Assembly: GCF_964204645.1 (NCBI RefSeq)
Contig: NC_134036.1
Coordinates: 7,265,434 to 7,329,433 of the forward strand
DNA length: 64,000 bases
Reading direction: 5' to 3'
From: Tubulanus polymorphus
Taxonomy: Eukaryota > Animalia > Nemertea
A program made the position numbers and the translations under genes. Shown here one piece after another: positions 39,501-53,700 of this stretch (positions are counted from its first letter, which is position 1; every line of letters starts with the position of its first letter). The notes below the pieces were generated by a model, which saw only the letters and a program-made list of their open reading frames with translations, had not been told where the DNA came from and searched no databases.

Positions 39501-41700
39501 CGTCCGTCCGTTCGTCAGTGTGCCGGCGGTGGTTGTTCGAAAAACGACTAAGTGCTGACCGGGTCATAATCAGCGTTACGACCCGGTGCAGTGAGGGAGG
39601 GAGGGAGGCAGTAGGTCGGTCGTCCATCCGTTCGTCAGTGTGCCGGCGGTTGTTGTTCGAAAAACGACTAAGTGCTGACCGGGCCTTGATCAGCGTTACG
39701 ACCCGGTGCAGTGAGGGAGGGAGGGAGGCAGTAGGTCGGTCGTCCATCCGTTCGTCAGTGTGCCGGCGGTGGTTGTTCGAAAAACGACTAAGTGCTGACC
39801 GGGTCATGATCAGCGTTACGACCCGGTGCAGTGAGGGAGGGAGGGAGGGAGGCAGTAGGTCGGTCGTCCATCCGTTCGTCAGTGTGCCGGCGGTGGTTGT
39901 TCGAAAAACGACTAAGTGCTGACCGGGCCATGATCAGCGTTACGACCCGGTGCAGTGAGGGATGGAGGGAGGCACTAGGACAGTCGTCCGCCCGTTAGTC
40001 AGTGTGTCGGCGGTTGTTGTTCGAAAAACGACTAAGTGCTGACCGGGCCATGAACAGCGTTACGACCCGGCACCGGTCAGGAAGGGAGGGAGGGTGGCAG
40101 TAGGTCGGTCGTCCCGTTCGTTCGTCAGTGTGCCGGCGGTGGTAGTTCGAAAAACGACTAAGTGCTGACCGGGGCCTTGATCAGCGTTACGACCCGTTGC
40201 AGTGAGGGAGGGAGGGAGGGAGGCAGTAGGTCCGTCGTCCGCCCGTTAGTCAGTGTGTCGGCGGTTGCTGTTCGAAAAACGACTAAGTGCTGACCGGGCC
40301 TTGATCAGCGTTACGACCCGGTGCAGTGAGGGAGGGAGGGAGGCAGTAGGTCGGTCGTCCGTCCGTTCGTCAGTGTGCCGGCGGTGGTTGTTCGAAAAAC
40401 GACTAAGTGCTGACCGGGCCTTGATCAGCGTTACGACCCGGTGCAGTGAGCGAGGGAGGGAGGGAGGGAGGCATTAGGTCGGTCGTCCATCCGTTCGTCA
40501 GTGTGCCGGCGGTGGTTGTTCGAAAAACGACTAAGTGCTGACCGGGCCTTGATCAGCGTTACGACCCGGTGCAGTGAGGGAGGGAGGGAGGCAGTAGGTC
40601 GGTCGTCCGTCCGTTCGTCAGTGTGCCGGCGGTGGTTGTTCGAAAAACGACTAAGTGCTGACCGGGCCTTGATCAGCGTTACGACCCGGTGCAGTGAGCG
40701 AGGGGAGGGAGGGAGGGAGGCATTAGGTCGGTCGTCCATCCGTTCGTCAGTGTGCCGGCGGTGGTTGTTTCGAAAAACGACTAAGTGCTGACCGGGCCAT
40801 GATCAGCGTTACGACCCGGTGCAGTGAGGGAGGGAGGGAGGCACTAGGACAGTCGTCCGCCCGTTAGTCAGTGTGTCGGCGGTTGTTGTACGAAAAACGA
40901 CTAAGTACTGACCGGGCCATGAACAGCGTTACGACCCGGCACCAGTCAGGAAGGGAGGGAGGGTGGCAGTAGGTCGGTCGTCCGTTCGTTCGTCAGTGTG
41001 CCGGCGGTGGTTGTTCGAAAAACGACTAAGTGCTGACCGGGCCTTGATCAGCGTTACGACCCGGTGCAGTGAGGGAGGGAGGGAGGGAGGGAGGCAGTAG
41101 GTCCGTCGTCCACCCGTTAGTCAGTGTGTCGGCGGTTGTTGTTCGAAAAACGACTAAGTGCTGACCGGGCCATGAACAGCGTTACGACCCGGCACCGGTC
41201 AGGAGGGAGGGAGGGTGGCAGTAGGTCGGTCGTCCGTTCGTTCGTCAGTGTGCCGGCGGTGGTAGTTCGAAAAACGACTAAGTGCTGACCGGGCCTTGAT
41301 CAGCGTTACGACCCGGTGCAGTGAGGGAGGGAGGGAGGCAGTAGGTCGGTCGTCCGTCCGTTTGTCAGTGTGCCGGCGGTGGTTGTTCGAAAAACGACTA
41401 AGTGCTGACCGGGTCATAATCAGCGTTACGACCCGGTGCAGTGAGGGAGGGAGGGAGGCAGTAGGTCGGTCGTCCATCCGTTCGTCAGTGTGCCGGCGGT
41501 TGTTGTTCGAAAAACGACTAAGTGCTGACCGGGCCTTGATCAGCGTTACGACCCGGTGCAGTGAGGGAGGGAGGGAGGCAGTAGGTCGGTCGTCCATCCG
41601 TTCGTCAGTGTGCCGGCGGTGGTTGTTCGAAAAACGACTAAGTGCTGACCGGGCCATGATCAGCGTTACGACCCGGTGCAGTGAGGGAGGGAGGGAGGGA
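30500..41700 (+). repeat. Satellite stratum 2 (approximate limits): irregular ~2-2.3 kb higher-order repeat
   Basis: The linked variant GTTGTACGAAAAACGACTAAGTACTG...CACCAGTCAG occurs at 30706, 32678, 36341, 38550 and 40890 (spacings 1972, 3663, 2209, 2340). GTGAGCGAGG was seen only here, and GGGTCATAATC almost only here. Confidence 0.8.
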
Positions 41701-44700
41701 GGCAGTAGGTCGGTCGTCCGTCCGTTCGTCAGTGTGCCGGCGGTGGTTGTTCGAAAAACGACTAAGTGCTGACCGGGCCTTGATCAGCGTTACGACCCGG
41801 TGCAGTGAGGGAGGGAGGGAGGGAGGCAGTAGGTCGGTCGTCCATCCGTTCGTCAGTGTGCCGGCGGTGGTAGTTCGAAAAACGACTAAGTGCTGACCGG
41901 GCCTTGATCAGCGTTACGACCCGGTGCAGTGAGGGAGGGAGGGAGGCAGTAGGTCGGTCGTCCGTCCGTTCGCCAGTGTGCCGGCGGTGGTTGTTCGAAA
42001 AACGACTAAGTGCTGACCGGGCCTTGATCAGCGTTACGACCCGGAGCAGTGACGGAGGGAGGGAGGCAGTAGGTCGGTCGTCCGTCCGTTCGCCAGAGTG
42101 CCGCTGGTGGTTGTTCGAAAAACGACTAAGTGCTGACCGGGCCTTGATCAGCGTTACGACCCGGTGCAGTGAGGGAGGGAGGGAGGCAGTAGGTCGGTCG
42201 TCCGTCCAGTCGTCAGTGTGCCGGCGGTGGTTGTTCGAAAAACGACTAAGTGCTGACCGGGCCATGCACAGCGTTACGACCCGGCACCGGTCAGGAAGGG
42301 AGGGAGGGTGGCAGTAGGTCGGTCGTCCGTTCGTTGGTCAGTGTGCCGGCGGTGGTAGTTCGAAAAACGACTAAGTGCTGACCGGGCCTTGATCAGCGTT
42401 ACGACCCGGAGCAGTGTGGGAGGGAGGGGGACAGTAGGTCGGTCGTCCGTCCGTTCGTCAGTGTGCCGGCAGAGTTGGTTGTTCGAAAAACGACTAAGTG
42501 CTGACCGGGCCTTGATCAGCGTTACGACCCGGTGTTGTGACGGAGGGAGGGAGGCAGTAGGTCGGTCGTCCGTCCTTTCGCCAGAGTGCCGCTGGTGGTT
42601 GTTCGAAAAACGACTAAGTGCTGACCGGGCCTTGATCAGCGTTACGACCCGGTGCAGTGAGGGAGGGAGGGAGGCAGTAGGTCGGTCGTCCGTCCAGTCG
42701 TCAGTGTGCCGGCGGTGGTTGTTCGAAAAACGACTAAGTGCTGACCGGGCCTTGATCAGCGTTACGACCCGGAGCAGTGTGGGAGGGAGGGGGACAGTAG
42801 GTCGGTCGTCCGTCCGTTCGTCAGTGTGCCGGCAGAGTTGGTTGTTCGAAAAACGACTAAGTGCTGACCGGGCCTTGATCAGCGTTACGACCCGGTGTTG
42901 TGAGGGAGGGAGGGAGGCAGTAGGTCGGTCGTCCATCCGTTCGTCAGTGTGCCGGCGGTGGTTGTTCGAAAAACGACTAAGTGCTGACCGGGCCTTGATC
43001 AGCGTTACGACCCGGCACCGGTCAGGAAGGGAGGGAGGGTGGCAGTAGGTCGGTCGTCCATCCGTTCGTCAGTGTGCCGGCGCTGGTTGTTCGAAAAACG
43101 ACTAAGTGCTGACCGGGCCTTGATCAGCGTTACGACCCGGCGCAGTGAGGGAGGGAGGGAGGCAGTAGGTCGGTCGTCCGTCCGTTCGTCAGTGTGCCGG
43201 CGGTGGTTGTTCGAAAAACGACTAAGTGCTGACCGGGCCTTGATCAGCGTTTCGACCCGGAGCAGTGAGGGAGGGAGGGAGGCAGTAGGTCGGTCGTCCG
43301 TCCGTTCGCCAGTGTGCCGGCGGTGGTTGTTCGAAAAACGACTAAGTGCTGACCGGGCCTTGATCAGCGTTACGACCCGGAGCATTGAGGGAGGGAGGGA
43401 GGCAGTAGGTCGGTCGTCCGTCCGTTTGTCAGTGTGCCGGCAGTGATGGTTGTTCGAAAAACGACTAAGGGCTGACCGGGCCTTAATCAGCGTTACGACC
43501 CGGCGCTGGTCAGGGAGGGAGGGAGGGAGGCAGTAGGTCGGTCGTCCATCCGTTCGTCAGTGTGCCGGCGGTGGTAGTTCGAAAAACGACTAAGTGCTGA
43601 CCGGGCCATGATCAGCGTTACGACCCGGTGCAGTGAGGGAGGGAGGGAGGCACTAGGACAGTCGTCCGCCCGTTAGTCAGTGTGTCGGCGGTTGTTGTTC
43701 GAAAAACGACTAAGTGCTGACCGGGCCTTGATCAGCGTTACGACCCGGAGCATTGAGGGAGGGAGGGAGGCAGTAGGTCGGTCGTCCGTCCGTTCGTCAG
43801 TGTGCCGGCGGTGGTAGTTCGAAAAACGACTAAGTGCTGACCGGGCCTTGATCAGCGTTACGACCCGGTGCAGTGAGGGAGGGAGGGAGGGAGGCAGTAG
43901 GTCGGTCGTCCGTTCGTTCGTCAGTGTGCCGGCGGTGGTTGTTCGAAAAACGACTAAGTGCTGACCGGGCCTTGATCAGCGTTACGACCCGGTGCAGTGA
44001 GGGAGGGAGGGAGGGAGGGAGGCAGTAGGTCCGTCGTCCGCCCGTTAGTCAGTGTGTCGGCGGTTGTTGTTCGAAAAACGACTAAGTGCTGACCGGGCCA
44101 TGAACAGCGTTACGACCCGGCACCGGTCAGGAAGGGAGGGAGGGTGGCAGTAGGTCGGTCGTCCGTTCGTTCGTCAGTGTGCCGGCGGTGGTAGTTCGAA
44201 AAACGACTAAGTGCTGACCGGGCCTTGATCAGCGTTACGACCCGGTGCAGTGAGGGAGGGAGGGAGGCAGTAGGTCGGTCGTCCGTCCGTTTGTCAGTGT
44301 GCCGGCGGTGGTTGTTCGAAAAACGACTAAGTGCTGACCGGGTCATAATCAGCGTTACGACCCGGTGCAGTGAGGGAGGGAGGGTGGCAGTAGGACAGTC
44401 GTCCGCCCGTTAGTCAGTGTGTCGGCGGTTGTTGTTCGAAAAACGACTAAGTGCTGACCGGGCCTTGATCAGCGTTACGACCCGGAGCATTGAGGGAGGG
44501 AGGAAGGCAGTAGGTCGGTCGTCCATCCGTTCGTCAGTGTGCCGGCGGTGGTAGTTCGAAAAACGACTAAGTGCTGACCGGGCCTTGATCAGCGTTACGA
44601 CCCGGTGCAGTGAGGGAGGGAGGGAGGGAGGGAGGCAGTAGGTCGGTCGTCCGTCCGTTCGTCAGTGTGCCGGCGGTGGTTGTTCGAAAAACGACTAAGT

Positions 44701-47700
44701 GCTGACCGGGCCTTGATCAGCCTTACGACCCGGTGCAGTTAGGGAGGGAGGGAGGGAGGCAGTAGGTCCGTCGTCCGCCCGTTAGTCAGTGTGTCGGCGG
44801 TTGTTGTTCGAAAAACGACTAAGTGCTGACCGGGCCGTGAACAGCGTTACGACCCGGCACCGGTCAGGAAGGGAGGGAGGGTGGCAGTAGGTCGGTCGTC
44901 CGTTCGTTCGTCAGTGTGCCGGCGGTGGTAGTTCGAAAAACGACTGAGTGCTGACCGGGCCTTGATCAGCGTTACGAACCGGTGCAGTGAGGGAGGGAGG
45001 GAGGCAGTAGGTCGGTCGTCCGTCCGTTCGCCAGTGTGCCGCTGGTGGTTGTTCGAAAAACGACTAAGTGCTGACCGGGCCTTGATCAGCGTTACGACCC
45101 GGAGCAGTGAGGGAGGGAGGGAGGCAGTAGGTCGGTCGTCCGTCCGTTCGCCAGTGTGCCACTGGTGGTTGTTCGAAAAACGACTAAGTGCTGACCGGGC
45201 CTTGATCAGCGTTACGACCCGGTGCAGTGAGGGAGGGAGGGAGGCAGTAGGTCGGTCGTCCGTCCGTTCGCCAGTGTGCCGCTGGTGGTTGTTCGAAAAA
45301 CGACTAAGTGCTGACCGGGCCTTGATCAGCGTTACGACCCGGAGCATTGAGGGAGGGAGGGAGGCAGTAGGTCGGTCGTCCATCCGTTCGTCAGTGTGCC
45401 GGCGGTGGTAGTTCGAAAAACGACTAAGTGCTGACCGGGCCTTGATCAGCGTTACGACCCGGTGCAGTGAGGGAGGGAGGGAGGGAGGTAGTAGGTCGGT
45501 CGTCAGTCCGTTCGTCAGTGTGCCGGCGGTGGTTGTTCGAAAAACGAATAAGTGCTGACCGGGTCATGATCAGCGTTACGACCCGGTGCAGTGAGGGAGG
45601 GAGGGAGGGACGCAGTAGGTCGGTCGTCCATCCGTTCGTCAGTGTATCGGCGGTTGTTGTTCGAAAAATTACTAAGTGCTGACCGGGCCTTGATCAGCGT
45701 TACGACCCGGAGCAGTGAGGGAGGGAGGGAGGCAGTAGGTCGGTCGTCCGTCCGTTCGCCAGTGTGCCGGCGGTGGTTGTTCGAAAAACGAATAAGTGCT
45801 GACCGGGTCATGATCAGCGTTACGACCCGGTGCAGTGAGGGAGGGAGGGAGGGACGCAGTAGGTCGGTCGTCCATCCGTTCGTCAGTGTATCGGCGGTTG
45901 TTTTTTCGAAAAACGACTAAGTGCTGACCGGGCCTTGATCAGCGTTACGACCCGGAGCAGTGAGGGAGGGAGGGAGGTAGTAGGTCGGTCGTCCGTCCGT
46001 TCGCCAGTGTGCCGGCGGTGGTTGTTCGAAAAACGACTAAGTGCTGACCGGGCCATGAACAGCGTTACGACCCGGCACCGGTCAGGAAGGGAGGGAGGAT
46101 GGCAGTAGGTCAGTCGTCCGTTCGTTCGTCAGTGTGCCGGCGGTGGTTGTTCGAAAAACGACTAAGTGCTGACCGGGCCTTGATCAGCGTTATGACCCGG
46201 AGCATTGAGGGAGGGAGGGAGGCAGTAGGTCGGTCGTCCGTCCGTTTGTCAGTGTGCCGGCAGCGATGGTTGTTCGAAAAATGACTAAGGGCTGACCGGG
46301 CCTTGATCAGCGTTACGACCCGGAGCATTGAGGGAGGGAGGGAGGCAGTAGGTCGGTCGTCCATCCGTTCGTCAGTGTGCCGGCGGTGGTAGTTCGAAAA
46401 ACGACTAAGTGCTGACCGGGCCTTGATCAGCGTTACGACCCGGTGCAGTGAGGGAGGGAGGGAGGCAGTAGGTCGGTCGTCCGTCCGTTCGCCAGTGTGC
46501 CGGCGGTGGTTGTTCGAAAAACGACTAAGTGCTGACCGGGCCTTGATCAGCGTTACGACCCGGAGCAGTGAGGGAGGGAGGGAGGCAGTAGGTCGGTCGT
46601 CCGTCCTTTCGCCAGAGTGCCGCTGGTGGTTGTTCGAAAAACGACTAAGTGCTGACCGGGCCTTGATCAGCGTTACGACCCGGTGCAGTGAGGGAGGGAG
46701 GGAGGCAGTAGGTCGGTCGTCCGTCCAGTCGTCAGTGTGCCGGCGATGGTTGTTCGAAAAACGACTAAGTGCTGACCGGGCCATGCACAGCGTTACGACC
46801 CGGCACCGGTCAGGAAGGGAGGGAGGGTGGCAGTAGGTCGGTCGTCCGTTCGTTGGTCAGTGTGCCGGCGGTGGTAGTTCGAAAAACGACTAAGTGCTGA
46901 CCGGGCCTTGATCAGCGTTACGACCCGGAGCAGTGTGGGAGGGAGGGGGACAGTAGGTCGGTCGTCCGTCCGTTCGTCAGTGTGCCGGCAGAGTTGGTTG
47001 TTCGAAAAACGACTAAGTGCTGACCGGGCCTTGATCAGCGTTACGACCCGGTGTTGTGACGGAGGGAGGGAGGCAGTAGGTCGGTCGTCCGTCCTTTCGC
47101 CAGAGTGCCGCTGGTGGTTGTTCGAAAAACGACTAAGTGCTGACCGGGCCTTGATCAGCGTTACGACCCGGTGCAGTGAGGGAGGGAGGGAGGCAGTAGG
47201 TCGGTCGTCCGTCCAGTCGTCAGTGTGCCGGCGGTGGTTGTTCGAAAAACGACTAAGTGCTGACCGGGCCATGCACAGCGTTACGACCCGGCACCGGTCA
47301 GGAAGGGAGGGAGGGTGGCAGTAGGTCGGTCGTCCGTTCGTTGGTCAGTGTGCCGGCGGTGGTAGTTCGAAAAACGACTAAGTGCTGACCGGGCCTTGGT
47401 CAGCGTTACGACCCGGAGCAGTGTGGGAGGGAGGGGGACAGTAGGTCGGTCGTCCGTCCGTTCGTCAGTGTGCCGGCAGAGTTGGTTGTTCGATAAACGA
47501 CTAAGTGCTGACCGGGCCTTGATCAGCGTTACGACCCGGTGCAGTGAGGGAGGGAGGGAGGCAGTAGGACAGTCGTCCGCCCGTTAGTCAGTGTGTCGGC
47601 GGTTGTTGTTCGAAAAACGACTAAGTGCTGACCGGGCCTTGATCAGCGTTACGACCCGGAGCATTGAGGGAGGGAGGGAGGCAGTAGTTCGGTCGTCCGT

Positions 47701-50700
47701 CCGTTCGCCAGTGTGCCGGCGGTGGTAGTTCGAAAAACGACTAAGTGCTGACCGGGCCTTGATCAGCGTTACGACCCGGAGCATTGAGGGAGGGAGGGAG
47801 GCAGTAGGTCGGTCGTCCATCCGTTCGTCAGTGTGCCGGCGGTGGTAGTTCGAAAAACGACTAAGTACTGACCGGGCCTTGATCAGCCTTACGACCCGGT
47901 GCAGTTAGGGAGGGAGGGAGGGAGGCAGTAGGTCCGTCGTCCGCCCGTTAGTCAGTGTGTCGGCGGTTGTTGTTCGAAAAACGACTAAGTGCTGACCGGG
48001 CCATGAACAGCGTTACGACCCGGCACCGGTCAGGAAGGGAGGGAGGGTGGCAGTAGGTCGGTCGTCCGTTCGTTCGTCAGTGTGCCGGCGGTGGTAGTTC
48101 GAAAAACGACTAAGTGCTGACCGGGCCTTGATCAGCGTTACGACCCGGTGCAGTGAGGGAGGGAGGGAGGCACTAGGACAGTCGTCCGCCCGTTAGTCAG
48201 TGTGTCGGCGGTTGTTGTTCGAAAAACGACTAAGTGCTGACCGGGCCTTGATCAGCGTTACGACCCGGTGCAGTGAGGGAGGGAGGGAGGCACTAGGACA
48301 GTCGTCCGCCCGTTAGTCAGTGTGTCGGCGGTTGTTGTTCGAAAAACGACTAAGTGCTGACCGGGCCTTGATCAGCGTTACGACCCGGAGCAGTGAGGGG
48401 AGGGAGGGAGGCAGTAGGTCGGTCGTCCGTCCGGTCGTCAGTGTGCCGGCGGTGGTTGTTCGAAAAACGACTAAGTGCTGACCGGGCCATGATCAGCGTT
48501 ACGACCCGGTGCAGTGAGGGAGGGAGGGAGGCACTAGGACAGTCGTCCGCCCGTTAGTCAGTGTGTCGGCGGTTGTTGTTCGAAAAACGACTAAGTGCTG
48601 ACCGGGCCATGAACAGCGTTACGACCCGGCACCGGTCAGGAAGGGAGGGAGGGTGGCAGTAGGTCGGTCGTCCATCCGTTCGTCAGTGTGCCGGCGGTGG
48701 TTGTTCGAAAAACGACTAAGTGCTGACCGGGCCTTGATCAGCGTTACGACCCGGCGCAGTGAGGGAGGGAGGGAGGCAGTAGGTCGGTCGTCCGTCCGTC
48801 GTCAGTGTGCCGGCGGTGGTTGTTCGAAAAACGACTAAGTGCTGACCGGGCCTTGATCAGCGTTACGACCCGGAGCAGTGAGGAGGGAGGGAGGCAGTAG
48901 GTCGGTCGTCTGTCCGTTCGTCAGTGTGCCGGCGGTGGTAGTTCGAAAAACGACTAAGTGCTGACCGGGCCTTGATCAGCGTTACGACCCGGAGCATTGA
49001 GGGAGGGAGGGAGGCAGTAGGTCGGTCGTCCATCCGTTCGTCAGTGTGCCGGCGGTGGTAGTTCGAAAAACGACTAAGTGCTGACCGGGCCTTGATCAGC
49101 GTTACGACCCGGTGCAGTGAGGGAGGGAGGGAGGGAGGCAGTAGGTCGGTCGTCCGTCCGTTCGTCAGTGTGCCGGCAGTGATGGTTGTTCGAAAAACGA
49201 CTAAGGGCTGACCGGGCCTTAATCAGCGTTACGACCCGGCGCTGGTCAGGGAGGGAGGGAGGGAGGCAGTAGGTCGGTCGTCCGTCCGTTCGCCAGTGTG
49301 CCGGCGGTGGTTGTTCGAAAAACGACTAAGTGCTGACCGGGCCTTGATCAGCGTTACGACCCGGAGCATTGAGGGAGGGAGGGAGGCAGTAGGTCGGTCG
49401 TCCGTCCGTTTATCAGTGTGCCGGCAGTGATGGTTGTTCGAAAAACGACTAAGGGCTGACCGGGCCTTAATCAGCGTTACGACCCTGCGCTGGTCAGGGA
49501 GGGAGGGAGGGAGGCAGTAGGTCGGTCGTCCATCCGTTCGTCAGTGTGCCGGCGGTGGTAGTTCGAAAAACGACTAAGTGCTGACCGGGCCTTGATCAGC
49601 GTTACGACCCGGTGCAGTGAGGGAGGGAGGGAGGCAGTAGGTCGGTCGTCCGTCCGTTCGTCAGTGTGCCGGCGGTGGTTGTTCGAAAAACGACTAAGGG
49701 CTGACCGGGCCTTAATCAGCGTTACGACCCGGCGCTGGTCAGGGAGGGAGGGAGGGAGGTAGTAGGTCGGTCGTCCATCCTTTGTCAGTGTGCCGGCGGT
49801 GGTAGTTCGAAAAACGACTAAGTGCTGACCGGGCCATGAACAGCGTTTACGACCCGGCACCGGTCAGGAAGGGAGGGAGGGTGGCAGTAGGTCGGTCGTC
49901 CGTTCGTTCGTCAGTGTGCCGGCGGTGGTAGTTCGAAAAACGACTAAGTGCTGACCGGGCCTTGATCAGCGTTACGACCCGGTGCAGTGAGGGAGGGAGG
50001 GAGGGAGGCAGTAGGTCCGTCGTCCGCCCGTTAGTCAGTGTGTCGGCGGTTGCTGTTCGAAAAACGACTAAGTGCTGACCGGGCCTTGATCAGCGTTACG
50101 ACCCGGCACCGGTATTGGAGGGAGGGAGGGAGGCAGTAGGTCGGTCGTCCGTCCGTTCGTCATTGTGCCGGCGGTGGTAGTTCGAAAAACGACTAAGTGC
50201 TGACCGGCCTTGATCAGCGTTACGACCCGGAGCAGTGAGGGAGGGAGGGAGGTAGTAGGTCGGTCGTCTGTCCGTTCGTCAGTGTGCCGGCGGTGGTAGT
50301 TCGAAAAACGACTAAGTGCTGACCGGGCCTTGATCAGCGTTACGACCCGGTGCAGTTAGGGAGGGAGGGAGGCACTAGGACAGTCGTCCGCCCGTTAGTC
50401 AGTGTGTCGGCGGTTGTTGTTCGAAAAACGACTAAGTGCTGACCGGGGCGTGAACAGCGTTACGACCCGGCACCGGTCAGGAAGGGAGGGAGGGTGGCAG
50501 TAGGTCGGTCGTCCGTTCGTTGGTCAGTGTGCCGGCGGTGGTAGTTCGAAAAACGACTAAGTGCTGACCGGGCCTTGATCAGCGTTACGACCCAGAGCAG
50601 TGTGGGAGGGAGGGGGGCAGTAGGTCGGTCGTCCGTCCGTTCGTCAGTGTGCCGGCAGAGTTGGTTGTTCGAAAAACGACTAAGTGCTGACCGGGCCTTG

Positions 50701-53700
50701 ATCAGCGTTACGACCCGGTGCTGTGAGGGAGGGAGGGAGAGAGGCAGTAGGTCGGTCGTCCATCCGTTCGTCAGTGTGCCGGCGGTGGTTGTTCGAAAAA
50801 CGACTAAGTGCTGACCGGGCCTTGATCAGCGTCACGACCCGGCGCAGTGAGGGAGGGAGGGAGGGAGGGCAGTAGTCGGGTCGTCCATCCGTTCGTCAGT
50901 GTGCCGGCGGTGGTTGTTCGAAAAAACGACTAAGTGCTGACCGGGCCTTGATCAGCGTTACGACCCGGTGCAGTGAGGGAGGGAGGGAGGCACTACGACA
51001 GTCATCCGCCCGTTAGTCAGTGTGTCGGCGGTTGTTGTTCGAAAAACGACTAAGTTCTGACCGGGCCATGAACAGCGTTACGACCCGGCACCGGTCAGGA
51101 AGGGAGGGAGGGTGGCAGTAGGTCGGTCGTCCGTCCGTTCGTCAGTGTGCCGGCGGTGGTTGTTCGAAAAACGACTAAGTGCTGACCGGGCCTTAATCAG
51201 CGTTACGACCCGGCACCGGTCAGGAAGGGAGGGAGGGAGGCAGTAGGTCGGTCGTCCGTCCGTTCGTCAGTGTGCCGGCGGTGGTTGTTCGAAAAACGAC
51301 TAAGTGCTGACCAGGCCTTAATCAGCGTTACGACCCGGCACCGGTCAGGGAGGGAGGGAGGGAGGCAGTAGGTCGGTCGTCGTCCGTTCGTCAGTGTACC
51401 GGCGGTGGTTGTTCGAAAAACGACTAAGTGCTGACCGGGCCTTGATCAGCGTTACGACCCGGAGCAGTGAGGGAGGGAGGGAGGCAGTAGGTCGGTCGTC
51501 CGTCCGTTCGCCAGTGTGCCGGCGGTGGTTGTTCGAAAAACGACTAAGTGCTGACCGGGCCTTGATCAGCGTTACGACCCGGAGCATTGAGGGAGGGAGG
51601 GAGGCAGTAGGTCGGTCGTCCGTCCGTTTGTCAGTGTGCCGGCAGTGATGGTTGTTCGAAAAACGACTAAGGGCTGACCGGGCCTTAATCAGCGTTACGA
51701 CCCGGCGCTGGTCAGGGAGGGAGGGAGGGAGGCAGTAGGTCGGTCGTCCATCCGTTCGTAAGTGTGCCGGCGGTGGTAGTTCGAAAAACGACTAAGTGCT
51801 GACCGGGCCTTATTCAGCGTTACGGCCCGGTGCAGTGAGGGAGGGAGGGAGGCAGTAGGTCGGTCGTCCGTCCGTTCGTCAGTGTGCCGGTTGTGGTTGT
51901 TCGAAAAACGACTAAGGGCTGACCGGGCCTTAATCAGCGTTACGACCCGGCGCTGGTCAGGGAGGGAGGGAGGGAGGTAGTAGGTCGGTCGTCCATCCTT
52001 TGTCTGTGTGCCAGCGGTGGTAGTTCGAAAAACGACTAAGTGCTGACCGGGCCATGAACAGCGTTACGACCCGGCACCGGTCAGGAAGGGAGGGAGGGTG
52101 GCAGTAGGTCGGTCGTCCGTTCGTTCGTCAGTGTGCCGGCGGTGGTAGTTCGAAAAACGACTAAGTGCTGACCGGGCCTTGATCAGCGTTACGAACCGGT
52201 GCAGTGAGGGAGGGAGGGAGGCAGTAGGTCGGTCGTCCGTCCGTTCGCCAGTGTGCCGCTGGTGGTTGTTCGAAAAACGACTAAGTGCTGACCGGGCCTT
52301 GATCAGCGTTACGACCCGGAGCAGTGAGGGAGGGAGGGAGGCAGTAGGTCGGTCGTCCGTCCGTTCGCCAGTGTGCCGCTGGTGGTTGTTCGAAAAACGA
52401 CTAAGTGCTGACCGGGCCTTGATCAGCGTTACGACCCGGTGCAGTTAGGGAGGGAGGGAGGCACTAGGACAGTCGTCCGCCCGTTAGTCAGTGTGTCGGC
52501 GGTTGTTGTTCGAAAAACGACTAAGTGCTGACCGGGCCGTGAACAGCGTTACGACCCGGCACCGGTCAGGAAGGGAGGGAGGGTGGCAGTAGGTCGGTCG
52601 TCCGTTCGTTGGTCAGTGTGCCGGCGGTGGTAGTTCGAAAAACGACTAAGTGCTGACCGGGCCTTGATCAGCGTTACGACCCAGAGCAGTGTGGGAGGGA
52701 GGGAGGCACTAGGACAGTCGTCCGCCCGTTAGTCAGTGTGTCGGCGGTTGTTGTTCGAAAAACGACTAAGTGCTGACCGGGCCGTGAACAGCGTTACGAC
52801 CCGGCACCGGTCAGGAAGGGAGGGAGGGTGGCAGTAGGTCGGTCGTCCGTTCGTTGGTCAGTGTGCCGGCGGTGGTAGTTCGAAAAACGACTAAGTGCTG
52901 ACCGGGCCTTGATCAGCGTTACGACCCAGAGCAGTGTGGGAGGGAGGGGGGCAGTAGGTCGGTCGTCCGTCCGTTCGTCAGTGTGCCGGCAGAGTTGGTT
53001 GTTCGAAAAACGACTAAGTGCTGACCGGGCCTTGATCAGCGTTACGACCCGGTGCTGTGAGGGAGGGAGGGTGGCAGTAGGTCGGTCGTCCATCCGTTCG
53101 TCAGTGTGCCGGCGGTGGTTGTTCGAAAAACGACTAAGTGCTGACCGGGCCTTGATCAGCGTTACGACCCGGTGCAGTGAGGGAGGGAGGGAGGGAGGCA
53201 GTAGGTCCGTCGTCCGCCCGTTAGTCAGTGTGTCGGCGGTTGCTGTTCGAAAAACGACTAAGTGCTGACCGGGCCATGAACAGCGTTACGACCCGGCACC
53301 GGTCAGGAAGGGAGGGAGGGTGGCAGTAGGTCGGTCGTCCATCCGTTCGTCAGTGTGCCGGCGGTGGTTGTTCGAAAAACGACTAAGTGCTGACCGGGCC
53401 TTGATCAGCGTTACGACCCGGTGCAGTGAGGGAGGGAGGGAGGGAGGCACTAGGACAGTCGTCCGCCCGTTAGTCAGTGTGTCGGCGGTTGTTGTTCGAA
53501 AAAGACTAAGTGCTGACCGGGCCATGAACAGCGTTACGACCCGGCACCGGTCAGGAAGGGAGGGAGGGTGGCAGTAGGTCGGTCGTCCGTTCGTTCGTCA
53601 GTGTGCCGGCGGTGGTAGTTCGAAAAACGACTAAGTGCTGACCGGGCCTTGATCAGCGTTACGACCCGGTGCAGTGAGGGAGGGAGGGAGGGAGGCAGTA

